Shown here: positions 12,362 to 19,796 of the stretch, in pieces
Layout of the letters: each line of letters starts with the position of its first letter
How positions within the stretch are numbered: the first letter of the stretch is position 1
NCBI GenBank assembly: GCA_963702075.1
Contig: OY969703.1
Coordinates: forward strand, 2,528,203 to 2,592,202
Length of the DNA: 64,000 bases
DNA from: an uncultured Actinomycetes bacterium
GTDB lineage: Bacteria; Actinomycetota; Thermoleophilia; Solirubrobacterales; 70-9
Reading direction: 5' to 3'
Made by a program: the position numbers and the translations under genes
The notes under the pieces: generated by a model
Seen by the model: the letters and a program-made list of their open reading frames with translations, nothing else
The model's database searches: none
What the model was told of the DNA's origin: nothing

Positions 12362-12748
12362 ATGGCCGACCCAGAGCTGAAGAGCAAAATCGAAGAGTTG
12401 ATCGCCGCCAACCAGGTCCTGCTGTTCATGAAAGGGACCCCGGACATGCCGCGCTGCGGGTTCTCGATGCGCGTTGTCCAGGTGCTGGACCAGATCGACG
12501 TCGACTACGGCGCGATCGACGTCCTCCCCGCGCTGCAGCCGCTGCGCGAAGTGACGGCGGAGATCTCCGACTGGCAGACCTTCCCCCAGCTCTACGTCAA
12601 CGGCGAGTTGCTGGGCGGCTGCGACATCATCGAGGAGATGTTCGAGTCCGGCGAGCTGGCCGAAGCCCTAGGTGCCGAGCAGCCCGAGACCGCCCAAGTG
12701 CCGCAGGCCGCGCCTCCGGCGCAGTCCCCGCCTCTCCAGATCGAATAA
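12362..12748 (+). CDS. grxD: monothiol glutaredoxin (Grx4/GrxD family, CGFS active site)
   Basis: VLLFMKGTPDMPRCGFSMRVVQVL...WQTFPQLYVNGELLGGCDI is the canonical CGFS glutaredoxin. Confidence 0.9.
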   Translation: MADPELKSKIEELIAANQVLLFMKGTPDMPRCGFSMRVVQVLDQIDVDYGAIDVLPALQPLREVTAEISDWQTFPQLYVNGELLGGCDIIEEMFESGELAEALGAEQPETAQVPQAAPPAQSPPLQIE

Positions 12749-12775
12749 CCCGAATAAAAAGCTTCTGCGGTCTGA

Positions 12776-13153
12776 CTAAACCGCTGCTGCTGATTCCGCT
12801 GCGTCCTCTTTGACTTGGAAAGAGGAGCCGCAGCCGCAGGCCGCAACCACGTTCGGATTGTTGACCTGGAAGCCGGCGCCCTGCAGGCCTTCGACGTAGT
12901 CGACCTCCGAGCCGAAGACGAACTGCATGCTCACCTTGTCGACGACAACGGCGACGCCGTCGACCTCGAAGAGGTTGTCGTCCTCCTTGGCCTTGTCGAA
13001 GGCGAGTGCGTACTGGAAGCCGGAGCAGCCACCGCCGCGGACGGCAACCCGCAGCGCCTGCTCACCCGCGTCGGCTTGAGAGCCCAGCAGCTCGCCGATC
13101 TTCTCGACGGCCTTGTCACTGAGGGTGATCGCGGCTTGGGGCGTATCGGTCAC
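12776..13153 (-). CDS. erpA: iron-sulfur cluster insertion protein (HesB/IscA/ErpA family)
   Basis: ITLSDKAVEKIGELL...LRVAVRGGGCSGFQYALAFD...CGCGSSF is the A-type carrier signature. The start is set to the GTG at 13153; the upstream part of the 207-aa ORF has no coding character. Confidence 0.85.
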   Translation of the reverse strand: MTDTPQAAITLSDKAVEKIGELLGSQADAGEQALRVAVRGGGCSGFQYALAFDKAKEDDNLFEVDGVAVVVDKVSMQFVFGSEVDYVEGLQGAGFQVNNPNVVAACGCGSSFQVKEDAAESAAAV

Positions 13154-13173
13154 TTCACAAAGTGTAGCGTCAA

Positions 13174-13181
13174 ACGTCGGC
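13174..13181. repeat. target-site duplication, left copy (ACGTCGGC)
   Basis: An identical 8-mer directly abuts the outer end of both terminal inverted repeats (13174-13181 and 17376-17383). Confidence 0.8.
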
Positions 13182-13204
13182 GGTAGTGGGTCAGTTTGAA
13201 TCTG
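13182..13204. repeat. left terminal inverted repeat GGTAGTGGGTCAGTTTGAATCTG
   Basis: Exact reverse complement of 17353-17375, checked base by base. The match stops on both sides. Confidence 0.9.
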
Positions 13205-13315
13205 CCCCCCGCAAGCCGCCTCCACCGCTATAGGTTCCGCCGCGTCCAAGCGAAATAACGGCGGGGGCGCTGGTGGAACAGCCCCCCGCCTGGCACCGAA
13301 AGGCGGAACCTTCCG

Positions 13316-13585
13316 ATGCAGGCAGAGCGTACGGCAGCGCCGTTTGATGAAGACGACATATATGAGCAGGCGGTCCTCAGGCACGTCCTGATCGCGCAAC
13401 CGACGGTCTTGCGGTTGTGCGATCTCACCCGCGAAGTCCGGCCCGAACTGGGCGACTCAGACCCCGTGGACGCCGTTGAAAGAGCGGTGCGGGAACTGGT
13501 CAAGGTCGGCCTGCTCTACCGGGACGGCAAGTGCGTCCTGCCGACCCCGGCAGCGGTCTACGTCGGCGGAATGGACCTCGGATGA
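13316..13585 (+). CDS. hypothetical small winged-helix-like protein (transposon cargo)
   Basis: 89 aa. Its stop overlaps the next start (ATGA). The C-terminal pattern AVERAVRELVKVGLLYRDGKCVLPTPAA parallels the ORF at 13807. Confidence 0.45.
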   Translation: MQAERTAAPFDEDDIYEQAVLRHVLIAQPTVLRLCDLTREVRPELGDSDPVDAVERAVRELVKVGLLYRDGKCVLPTPAAVYVGGMDLG

Positions 13586-13803
13586 GCTGCGATGAGGTCG
13601 GCAAGCAGATCGGGCGCAACATCGCCGAGGCTCGCAGGCAGGCGGGGCTTTCGCAATATCGACTCGGCCTTCGTCTATTCATGCACCCGAACGAGATATC
13701 CCGGCTGGAGCGCGGGGTTGGCTGCCCTCGGCTCACCACGCTCATGCCAATCGCCCGGGATCTGAAGGTGCCGCTGACCGATCTCCTGCGGGGGATCGAG
13801 TAG
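13582..13803 (+). CDS. XRE-family helix-turn-helix transcriptional regulator
   Basis: MSCDEVGKQIGRNIAEARRQAGLSQYRLGLRL...ISRLERG...LTTLMPIARDLKVPLTDLL is a classic Cro/C1-type HTH. Confidence 0.8.
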   Translation: MSCDEVGKQIGRNIAEARRQAGLSQYRLGLRLFMHPNEISRLERGVGCPRLTTLMPIARDLKVPLTDLLRGIE

Positions 13804-13806
13804 GCG

Positions 13807-14052
13807 GTGCCCCCGAGCCGCAAGCACTGGCCGGCGCATCGCATCCCCCTCCAGAGGCCGGTGATGGCGCTGGCCCTGGAGGCTTACCCCCACTGGCGCA
13901 CGATCCCCGAGCTGGCCCGAGAGATCGGTGCCAGCGGGGCGCTGACGCGGTCGGTGATAGAGCTGATCCAGCTCGGGCTGCTGGAAAATCACGGCTCGGC
14001 TGTGCGGCCCACCAAGGCCATCGCCCACATGGAGCGCCTGAGCCTGCCCTAG
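13807..14052 (+). CDS. hypothetical small winged-helix-like protein (paralog-like to 13316 ORF)
   Basis: 81 aa from a GTG start; the start could instead be the internal M at 13864. TIPELAREIGASGALTRSVIELIQLGLLENHGSAVRPTKA resembles the MarR/ArsR-type recognition helix plus wing. Confidence 0.4.
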   Translation: MPPSRKHWPAHRIPLQRPVMALALEAYPHWRTIPELAREIGASGALTRSVIELIQLGLLENHGSAVRPTKAIAHMERLSLP

Positions 14053-14062
14053 GCTTTGAGCT

Positions 14063-14287
14063 ATGGCCAAGCGGAGCAAGAAGCCTGCTGACCTCAACCG
14101 CCTCGCCGCCGCCATCGTCGGCGAGGCGACCGACGAGACGGCCCAGAAAACGGAAAGCCAGCAGGCTCGGGCCGGACGCCTTGGCGGAAGGAAAGGCGGC
14201 AAGGCGCGAGCCGGTCAAATGACGCCGGAGGCACGTTCACAGGCCGCCCGCAAGGCAGCGCGAGCACGGTGGCAGCGAAGCGACTAG
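14063..14287 (+). CDS. small basic protein of unknown function (GGRKGGKARA...ARKAARARW motif)
   Basis: 74 aa, highly basic and low complexity. Its end overlaps the ATPase gene convergently by 4 nt. Confidence 0.35.
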   Translation: MAKRSKKPADLNRLAAAIVGEATDETAQKTESQQARAGRLGGRKGGKARAGQMTPEARSQAARKAARARWQRSD

Positions 14288-15531
14288 TCCGTGTACAGCC
14301 CGGATCTAATCCCCTCTAAGCGGACATAGGGGATCAGCTGGGGATTGATGAACTGCCACCGGTAGTTCCGCCTTACGCCGCTCTTCTTAAGTACAGGCCC
14401 TCTCTGCTTTTCCGTGAACTTGGCGAGGTGGCTCTGAAAGGCGTCAGTCGTGTAGTCGCGGCCCGTCATCTTGCTCAGTGGCTCGCGTAGCTGAACGGCG
14501 GAAAAGCGCCCTAGGAAATCCTTCTCGGCCAATGCGCAGGCAAGCAGCACATAGCGAAACAGCGTGCCTTTCCGGACCGACGCCACCGCTTTCGCGTATT
14601 CCTGCTCTACGGCTCCTGATGCATGCTGGAGGGCTGCTACGACGGCCGCATCTAGATGGCTCAAGCTAACCGTGCTATTCCCGCTGTCAATCGTGCTGCG
14701 GCCAGCCCAGAGCCCGAGAAGATGGGTGTAATGCGGGTATCCCTGGGAGAGTTCAGCAATCCGGGTGTCGACCCCTCGCTCATAGCTCAATCCGGCAAAG
14801 CGAAATCCCTTCTGGACGATCTCCGCTAGCTCCTCAACAGGCATAGGCGAGACCTGAACCGGCGCAATGTTCCGCGCGACAGACTCATGCCCCGCCATCA
14901 GGTCGGCCAGGGAATCGGCGACCCCGACGACCATGATCGTCGCGTCGGTGTCGGTGTCGGCGAACAGCTTAATCGTGTCCGCCATCAACTTGTGAGTCGT
15001 ACCTCCATTCACGGCAACGCGATCAAACTCATCGATGATGATGACCGGCGGGTTTGGCAACGACCGAACGTAGAGTCGAACGTCGTTCGGATGCTCGATC
15101 TCGGCATCGGGCATCTCAAGTCGCCCTACGACAGATGCAGCGACATCCTGAACAAACCCGATTTGGCGCTGCGTCACCTGGATCTCCTGGAAAACCTTCT
15201 TCCAGATGGACGAGAAATTGTCCTCGGAACTGCAAGAGACGAAGATTGAGCGCCTCCCCTGCGGCGCTTCAGGCTCCTGCACCTGGAAGGCGATCACACG
15301 AGCCAGCGAAGTCTTTCCAGTGCCACGGTCGCCGAAGAGGACAACGTGCTGCCCCTCCGTGTTGACGGCGTCGGTTGCCTGGTCTAGAAAGCGCAAGCGA
15401 CCAGCAAGGAACTCCGGGAGATGCACCGGCTTGTATGGAGTGAAAGCGTGGTTTAGCGCGTCGCGCGAAGGTGGCGCAGGAAGTTCAGGGGGCGCCGCTT
15501 TGCGGGTATCTCGGGGGTCGAGCATCTCCAT
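14284..15531 (-). CDS. AAA+ ATPase, Orc1/Cdc6-like (ATPase core plus C-terminal winged-helix-like region)
   Basis: 415 aa. Walker A is VVLFGDRGTGKTSLA and Walker B is PPVIIIDEFDRV. A sensor-like GVADS region is followed by a helical C-terminal domain. Confidence 0.7.
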   Translation of the reverse strand: MEMLDPRDTRKAAPPELPAPPSRDALNHAFTPYKPVHLPEFLAGRLRFLDQATDAVNTEGQHVVLFGDRGTGKTSLARVIAFQVQEPEAPQGRRSIFVSCSSEDNFSSIWKKVFQEIQVTQRQIGFVQDVAASVVGRLEMPDAEIEHPNDVRLYVRSLPNPPVIIIDEFDRVAVNGGTTHKLMADTIKLFADTDTDATIMVVGVADSLADLMAGHESVARNIAPVQVSPMPVEELAEIVQKGFRFAGLSYERGVDTRIAELSQGYPHYTHLLGLWAGRSTIDSGNSTVSLSHLDAAVVAALQHASGAVEQEYAKAVASVRKGTLFRYVLLACALAEKDFLGRFSAVQLREPLSKMTGRDYTTDAFQSHLAKFTEKQRGPVLKKSGVRRNYRWQFINPQLIPYVRLEGIRSGLYTD

Positions 15532-15627
15532 GAAAGAGCAATATAGAGGCTAGAACGAGCAGTAAAGCCCAGATTTTGGGCGCTGCCGCGCAATTGCCGA
15601 GCTTTTCCATCCGCTCGCTCAAGCAAA

Positions 15628-16473
15628 ATGGTCAGTATGAACAGGCTGAGCACGGAGAAGCGAGCGCAGATCATCGGCTGCCTCGTAGAGGGCAACAGCA
15701 TCCGCGCCACCGTGCGGATGACCGGCGCGGCCAAGAACACGATCGTCAAGCTGCTGGCGGATCTCGGCGAAGCCTGCGCCGATTACCAGGATGGCGTGTT
15801 CCAGCAGCTCCCCTGCAAGGTGGTAGAGGCCGATGAGATCTGGGCCTACTGCTACGCGAAGCAGAAGAACGTGCCCGAGCAGTTCAAGGGGACGCCGGGA
15901 TACGGGGACGTGTGGACCTTCACCGCCGTCTGCGCCGACACGAAGCTCGTCCCCTCCTGGCTGGTCGGCGAGCGCACCATGTACGACGCGACCTACTTCC
16001 TCGAAGACCTGGCGGGCCGGATGGCCGGGCGCATCCAGCTATCTACGGACGGGCACTCGATGTACGAATCGTCGGTGCGGCAGGCGTTCGGGGTCAACGT
16101 CGACTGGGCAGTGATCCAGAAGAACTACGCCGCCGACCCGAACCAGGGCGGCAAATACAGCCCGCCTGTCTGCACCGGGACCAAGCGGCGACCGATGAAG
16201 GGCGACCCTGATCCTGCGCGGATCTCCACCAGCTACGTGGAGCGCCAGAACCTGACGATGCGGATGGGCATGCGGCGCTTCACGCGGCTCACCAATGGCT
16301 TCAGCCGCAAAGTCGAGAACCTTGCTCACGCGGTCTCTCTGCACTTCATGCACTACAACTTCGCTCGCCCGCATCGGTCCCTGAAAGAGCGCTACCCGCG
16401 GACCCCGGCGATGGCTGCCGGCATTGCCGATCACATCTGGTCGCTGGAAGAAATCGCAGCGCTGCTGGACTAG
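15628..16473 (+). CDS. IS1 family transposase (single-ORF type)
   Basis: 281 aa. The N-terminal HTH is LSTEKRAQIIGCLVEGNSIRATVRMTGAAKNTIVKLL. The DDE core is EADEIWAYCYAKQKN ... STDGHSMY ... YVERQNLTMRMGMRRFTRLTNGFSRKVENL...HFMHYNF, which parallels IS1 InsB. Confidence 0.8.
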   Translation: MVSMNRLSTEKRAQIIGCLVEGNSIRATVRMTGAAKNTIVKLLADLGEACADYQDGVFQQLPCKVVEADEIWAYCYAKQKNVPEQFKGTPGYGDVWTFTAVCADTKLVPSWLVGERTMYDATYFLEDLAGRMAGRIQLSTDGHSMYESSVRQAFGVNVDWAVIQKNYAADPNQGGKYSPPVCTGTKRRPMKGDPDPARISTSYVERQNLTMRMGMRRFTRLTNGFSRKVENLAHAVSLHFMHYNFARPHRSLKERYPRTPAMAAGIADHIWSLEEIAALLD

Positions 16474-16540
16474 AATGCACAATTGCCTTTGACCACTCAC
16501 CTTGACTTCTATCTCCGCCTGCCGATAAGGTCCTCAAAGG

Positions 16541-16738
16541 ATGGCGGTGGAAATCGGCGCAACCGGTGGCTTTGGCGAGAGCGTGTCCCTTTCCGGGGAG
16601 GACGCTGCGCGCTTCGTAAATGAGGTCGCTCATCCGTCTACCGACGAGCGGCGCCTGTCGCATCTAGAGCGCTCGGACAGGGCTTACGAGCACCTGTTTT
16701 CTCCCGAGCCAATCAGCGAACTCCCTCCCTCGAAGTAG
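16541..16738 (+). CDS. putative antitoxin fragment (resembles only the toxin-binding C-terminal part of DUF1778/TacA antitoxins)
   Basis: 65 aa lying 3 nt upstream of the GNAT ORF. The segment SLSGEDAARFVNEVAHPSTDERRLSHLERS resembles the C-terminal region of TacA-type antitoxins. No N-terminal RHH is recognisable. Confidence 0.35.
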   Translation: MAVEIGATGGFGESVSLSGEDAARFVNEVAHPSTDERRLSHLERSDRAYEHLFSPEPISELPPSK

Positions 16739-16741
16739 TCC

Positions 16742-17350
16742 TTGGCAGCTCAGTTACGGCGCCTAGCGCTCCCCGTTGACGAGCAACTTTCCCGAGTAGT
16801 AGGGGAGTTCGACTGTCTGGGAGATGGCCACCAAGACGACTTGGTGGCCAAGAACGTCAATGGCTTCCTCTGCGACGGTCGCTGCGAGCAGGGGCTAAAG
16901 CACGGAATCAGCTCCACCTATCTCCTGCTCGATCCTGAGAAGGACCCCGCCTTGATCGGCTACGCCACCTTGACCTTCGACTCGGTACGACTGACGAACT
17001 CGGAGAAGAAGAAGATGGAGGAGCTAATTGGTATCGCCCAGTTCGGGGCGATCCGCATCCAGATGATCGGCGTCGATCATCGCCACCAGCGCACCCGCTG
17101 CGGCTCAATCCTCTTGGAGGCCATCACCGGGCTCGCCCGGAAACTCTCCCAGGACATCGCGGTGCGCTTCCTCTTGGCAGATGCCAACGTCAAGCGGATC
17201 GGGTTCTACGAATCAGCCGGCTTTGTCAGGAACCAGGCACAGCGCGAGGCTGAAAGAACGGATACCGAGCGGAGCGTTTCGATGCGCCTCGATCTGATCG
17301 ATCCGCCCAACGCGGACAGTCTCGACGGCGTGACATCAGTCGCCGCCTAG
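16742..17350 (+). CDS. GNAT-fold acetyltransferase, TacT/AtaT-like toxin candidate
   Basis: 202 aa from a TTG start. The layout FDC...FL...SSTYLLLD...LIGYATLTFDSVRL...IQMIGVDHRHQRTRCGSILLEA...RFLLADANVKRIGFYESAGF matches GNAT toxins. The stop lies 3 nt before the right TIR. Confidence 0.5.
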   Translation: MAAQLRRLALPVDEQLSRVVGEFDCLGDGHQDDLVAKNVNGFLCDGRCEQGLKHGISSTYLLLDPEKDPALIGYATLTFDSVRLTNSEKKKMEELIGIAQFGAIRIQMIGVDHRHQRTRCGSILLEAITGLARKLSQDIAVRFLLADANVKRIGFYESAGFVRNQAQREAERTDTERSVSMRLDLIDPPNADSLDGVTSVAA

Positions 17351-17352
17351 GT

Positions 17353-17375
17353 CAGATTCAAACTGACCCACTACC
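17353..17375. repeat. right terminal inverted repeat CAGATTCAAACTGACCCACTACC
   Basis: Exact reverse complement of 13182-13204. Confidence 0.9.
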
Positions 17376-17383
17376 ACGTCGGC
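17376..17383. repeat. target-site duplication, right copy (ACGTCGGC)
   Basis: Identical to 13174-13181 and abuts the right TIR. Confidence 0.8.
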
Positions 17384-17417
17384 GGCCCAATGCGACAGCA
17401 CGTCTAGAATCGCCTTT

Positions 17418-18293
17418 GTGAGCTCGCTCGCCGAGACCGCGGTCGTCTGCGACACGACCGGCTACCTGCCGACCGAGCTTGTGGCCGAGCGGGGGATCAA
17501 GACGATCAGCCTCTATGTCTCGGTCGACGGCCAGCAAGAACGGGAGTCGGAGATCGGCGACTTCGATGACTTCTACGAGCGCTTGCGGGCTTCCGAAAGC
17601 AGCGCGACGACTTCGCAGCCTTCGATCGGCGACTTCCTCGAGGTCTACGAGCCGCTGCTGGCCGAAGGGCGCGAAATCGTCTCGATCCACATCTCCGCCG
17701 GCATCTCCGGCACCTTCGAGGCGGCCGGGCAGGCGCGCGAGCGGTTGATCGAGGAAGACAAGGGGGGCGAGCGCCTGCACCTGATGGATTCGCGCTCGGC
17801 CGCCGGCGGCATGGGTCTATGCACCCTCGGCGCCGCCTCGGCCGCGGCCACCGGCGCCGACGCGGCCGCCTGCCTCGCCAATGCCGAAGAGACCCGAAAC
17901 AACCTGAAGATGTGGTTCGCGATCGACACCCTCGAGTACCTGCGTCGCGGCGGTCGCATCGGTGGCGCCCGCGCCTGGATCGGCGGGGCGCTGAAGATCA
18001 AGCCGATCCTCACTCTCGAGGAGGAGATCACCCCGGTCGAGCGGGTCCGCACCCGCGCCCGCTCGCTGGAGCGGCTGCGGGGCTACGCGCGCCAACGCCA
18101 GGAATCCGGTGCATACGGCTGGGTCGTCCAGTACATCCAAGACAAAGAGACCGCCGACGCCCTGGTCGAAGACTGCTACGAGATCTTCGGCTGTGAGCCG
18201 GCCTTCATCTCCGAGGTCGGTCCCGTGCTCGGCGCCCACGTCGGCCCCGGCCTACTCGGCGTTGGGTCAGTGCGTACCGACCTGATTGCCTGA
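17418..18293 (+). CDS. DegV family fatty-acid-binding protein
   Basis: 291 aa. VVCDTTGYLPTELVAERGIKTISLYV...TTSQPSIGDF...HISAGISGTF is the DegV signature. Confidence 0.85.
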   Translation: MSSLAETAVVCDTTGYLPTELVAERGIKTISLYVSVDGQQERESEIGDFDDFYERLRASESSATTSQPSIGDFLEVYEPLLAEGREIVSIHISAGISGTFEAAGQARERLIEEDKGGERLHLMDSRSAAGGMGLCTLGAASAAATGADAAACLANAEETRNNLKMWFAIDTLEYLRRGGRIGGARAWIGGALKIKPILTLEEEITPVERVRTRARSLERLRGYARQRQESGAYGWVVQYIQDKETADALVEDCYEIFGCEPAFISEVGPVLGAHVGPGLLGVGSVRTDLIA

Positions 18294-18297
18294 GCGG

Positions 18298-18528
18298 CTA
18301 ACCGCGCCGCTTGCGGCGGCGCAGCATTGCCCTCGCCCCGATGAAGAAGCCGACGGCGGCGGCGCCCATAACCAGCTGCTGTTTGTGCTCCTCGACCTGG
18401 CGGCGCCAGTCGGTCAGCTCGTTGACCCGACCGCGCAGGGCCTCGACCGAGCCGCCGAGCTCGCGGCGCTTGAAGTCGATGTCGCGGCGGATCTCTGCCG
18501 GGGAACGTCCTGGAGCACCGGTGGTCAC
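18298..18528 (-). CDS. DUF3618-like small membrane-associated protein
   Basis: 76 aa. SPAEIRRDIDFKRRELGGSVEALRGRV is followed by a C-terminal TM helix and a basic tail. It overlaps the upstream gene by 4 nt. Confidence 0.6.
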   Translation of the reverse strand: MTTGAPGRSPAEIRRDIDFKRRELGGSVEALRGRVNELTDWRRQVEEHKQQLVMGAAAVGFFIGARAMLRRRKRRG

Positions 18529-18974
18529 GAAGCCTCCTTTTCGAGCATCTCCTTGGTCAGCTTCGCCTCTTCGATCGCCTGTTCGGGCACCGGCGGCGAC
18601 CCCGCCTTGACCGCGCGGTAGGCGATGAAGCCGGCGAGGGCGGCGATCAGCAGGAAGATCCCGGCGGTGACGAAGTAGCCGGCCCAGATGTTGCCGCTGA
18701 ACACTTCTTCGCCGAGCAGCCAGGCGATCCCGTGCAGGATCAGGATCAGCGCCAGGAAGGCGAAGGTGCCGGCGGCGATGCCGACGACCGACCCTTTCGC
18801 GAGCTTGCTGACTTTGGCCGAGACCTCGGCCTTGGCGAGTTCGATCTCCTCGCGGACGAGGGTCGAGGCGTGTTCGGAGACGTCGACGACGAGGTCTGCG
18901 AGCGAGCGCTCGTCGGGCGGGGGCGGCGGTCCGGGGGGCGGGATCGGCGGCGGGTTTTGTACGGGGTCGGCCAT
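18525..18974 (-). CDS. holin-X / phage-holin-family (superfamily III) membrane protein
   Basis: 149 aa, with AGGAG 6 nt upstream of the ATG. LADLVVDVSEHASTLVREEIELAKAEVSAKV is followed by two TM helices. Confidence 0.65.
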   Translation of the reverse strand: MADPVQNPPPIPPPGPPPPPDERSLADLVVDVSEHASTLVREEIELAKAEVSAKVSKLAKGSVVGIAAGTFAFLALILILHGIAWLLGEEVFSGNIWAGYFVTAGIFLLIAALAGFIAYRAVKAGSPPVPEQAIEEAKLTKEMLEKEAS

Positions 18975-18983
18975 CGGTCGCTC

Positions 18984-19118
18984 CTACTCCGGCGGGTCCT
19001 CGTTGTATATGCGGCGATAGGCGATTGCCGCGGCCCGCGAGGCGGCGATGCTCGCCAGGGCGCCCATCGCGGCCAGCAAGCCGCTCCAGACCAGACGTTT
19101 GACCAGCTCGTTATCCAC
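18984..19118 (-). CDS. small ORF, DUF4235-like (below the ORF-track length cutoff)
   Basis: Hand translation gives VDNELVKRLVWSGLLAAMGALASIAASRAAAIAYRRIYNEDPPE (44 aa, GTG start). It ends 9 nt before the holin-X start. Actinobacteria commonly have this three-gene arrangement. Confidence 0.35.
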   Translation of the reverse strand: MDNELVKRLVWSGLLAAMGALASIAASRAAAIAYRRIYNEDPPE

Positions 19119-19196
19119 TCAGCTCAAACCTTTCCCCACGAGGACGCGGCAGTAAACCATTCGGCCCGGCGGCGCTAGAAGATGACGCCAAGACTA

Positions 19197-19796
19197 TTAC
19201 CGCGGCTCGAGCCCGTCGCAGATCGTCGTCACCAGGAGATCGCGCGCCTCGTCAAAATCGGTCTCCGAAGCCGGGATCGTGCCGAAGATCCAGCCCGAGA
19301 GCAGTTGCTCGACGGCGCCGTAGAAGGCCATCGAGGCGAACATCGGCGCGACGTCGCCACGCAGGGCGCCGCTCTCCTGACCCTCGACGACGATCTTGGC
19401 GATCCCCTCGTAGGCGCGGCGGATCTGCTCGAGGTGGGTCTGGCCGAACGAGTTGGCCGCCCGGGTGACCTCGACGATGATCACCTTCATCAGCTCCGGG
19501 TCGTGGCGGTAGGAGTCGAAGATGAAGCCGGCTACCGTGCCCAGCTTCTCCCGCGGCCCGCCTTCCTTGCGGTCGGCCTCCTCGATCGCCGCCAGGAGAA
19601 GCGACCAGCGCTCGATGAAGAGTTCGTTCAGGACCTCGTCCTTGGAGTTGAAGTAGTGGTAGACGAGGCCGTAGGCGACCCCGGCCTCGTCGGCGATGTC
19701 GGAGACGCGGGTCGAGTGAAAGCCCTGGCGGGCGAAGACGCGGACGGCGGCGTCGAGGATGAGGCGCCGTTTGTCGGCGGGCGGGGCCTGCGCCAT
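19197..19796 (-). CDS. TetR/AcrR family transcriptional regulator
   Basis: KRRLILDAAVRVFARQGFHSTRVSDIADEAGVAYGLVYHYFNSKDEVL is a TetR HTH. The start is set at the ATG that overlaps the nitrilase stop (ATGA). The ORF could extend to 19826. Confidence 0.85.
   Translation of the reverse strand: MAQAPPADKRRLILDAAVRVFARQGFHSTRVSDIADEAGVAYGLVYHYFNSKDEVLNELFIERWSLLLAAIEEADRKEGGPREKLGTVAGFIFDSYRHDPELMKVIIVEVTRAANSFGQTHLEQIRRAYEGIAKIVVEGQESGALRGDVAPMFASMAFYGAVEQLLSGWIFGTIPASETDFDEARDLLVTTICDGLEPR

Larger units (their letters stand above)
13182..17375. mobile_element. IS1-family cargo transposon, 4,194 bp (transposase plus 7 passenger ORFs)
   Basis: It has perfect 23-bp TIRs, an 8-bp TSD and an internal IS1-type DDE transposase. 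The TIR terminus GGTAGTG fits the IS1-family GGnnnTG end. The interior is visibly more AT-rich than the flanks. Confidence 0.8.

Noticed and set aside
15540-16540. A smaller canonical IS (about 1 kb) around the transposase, suggested by GCNCAATTGCC on both sides (about 15588 and about 16477)
   Set aside because: The two motifs are in direct rather than inverted orientation; only their CAATTG core is palindromic. They show no similarity to the outer TIRs and have no flanking duplication. The 4.2-kb unit with perfect TIRs and a TSD is the supported boundary.
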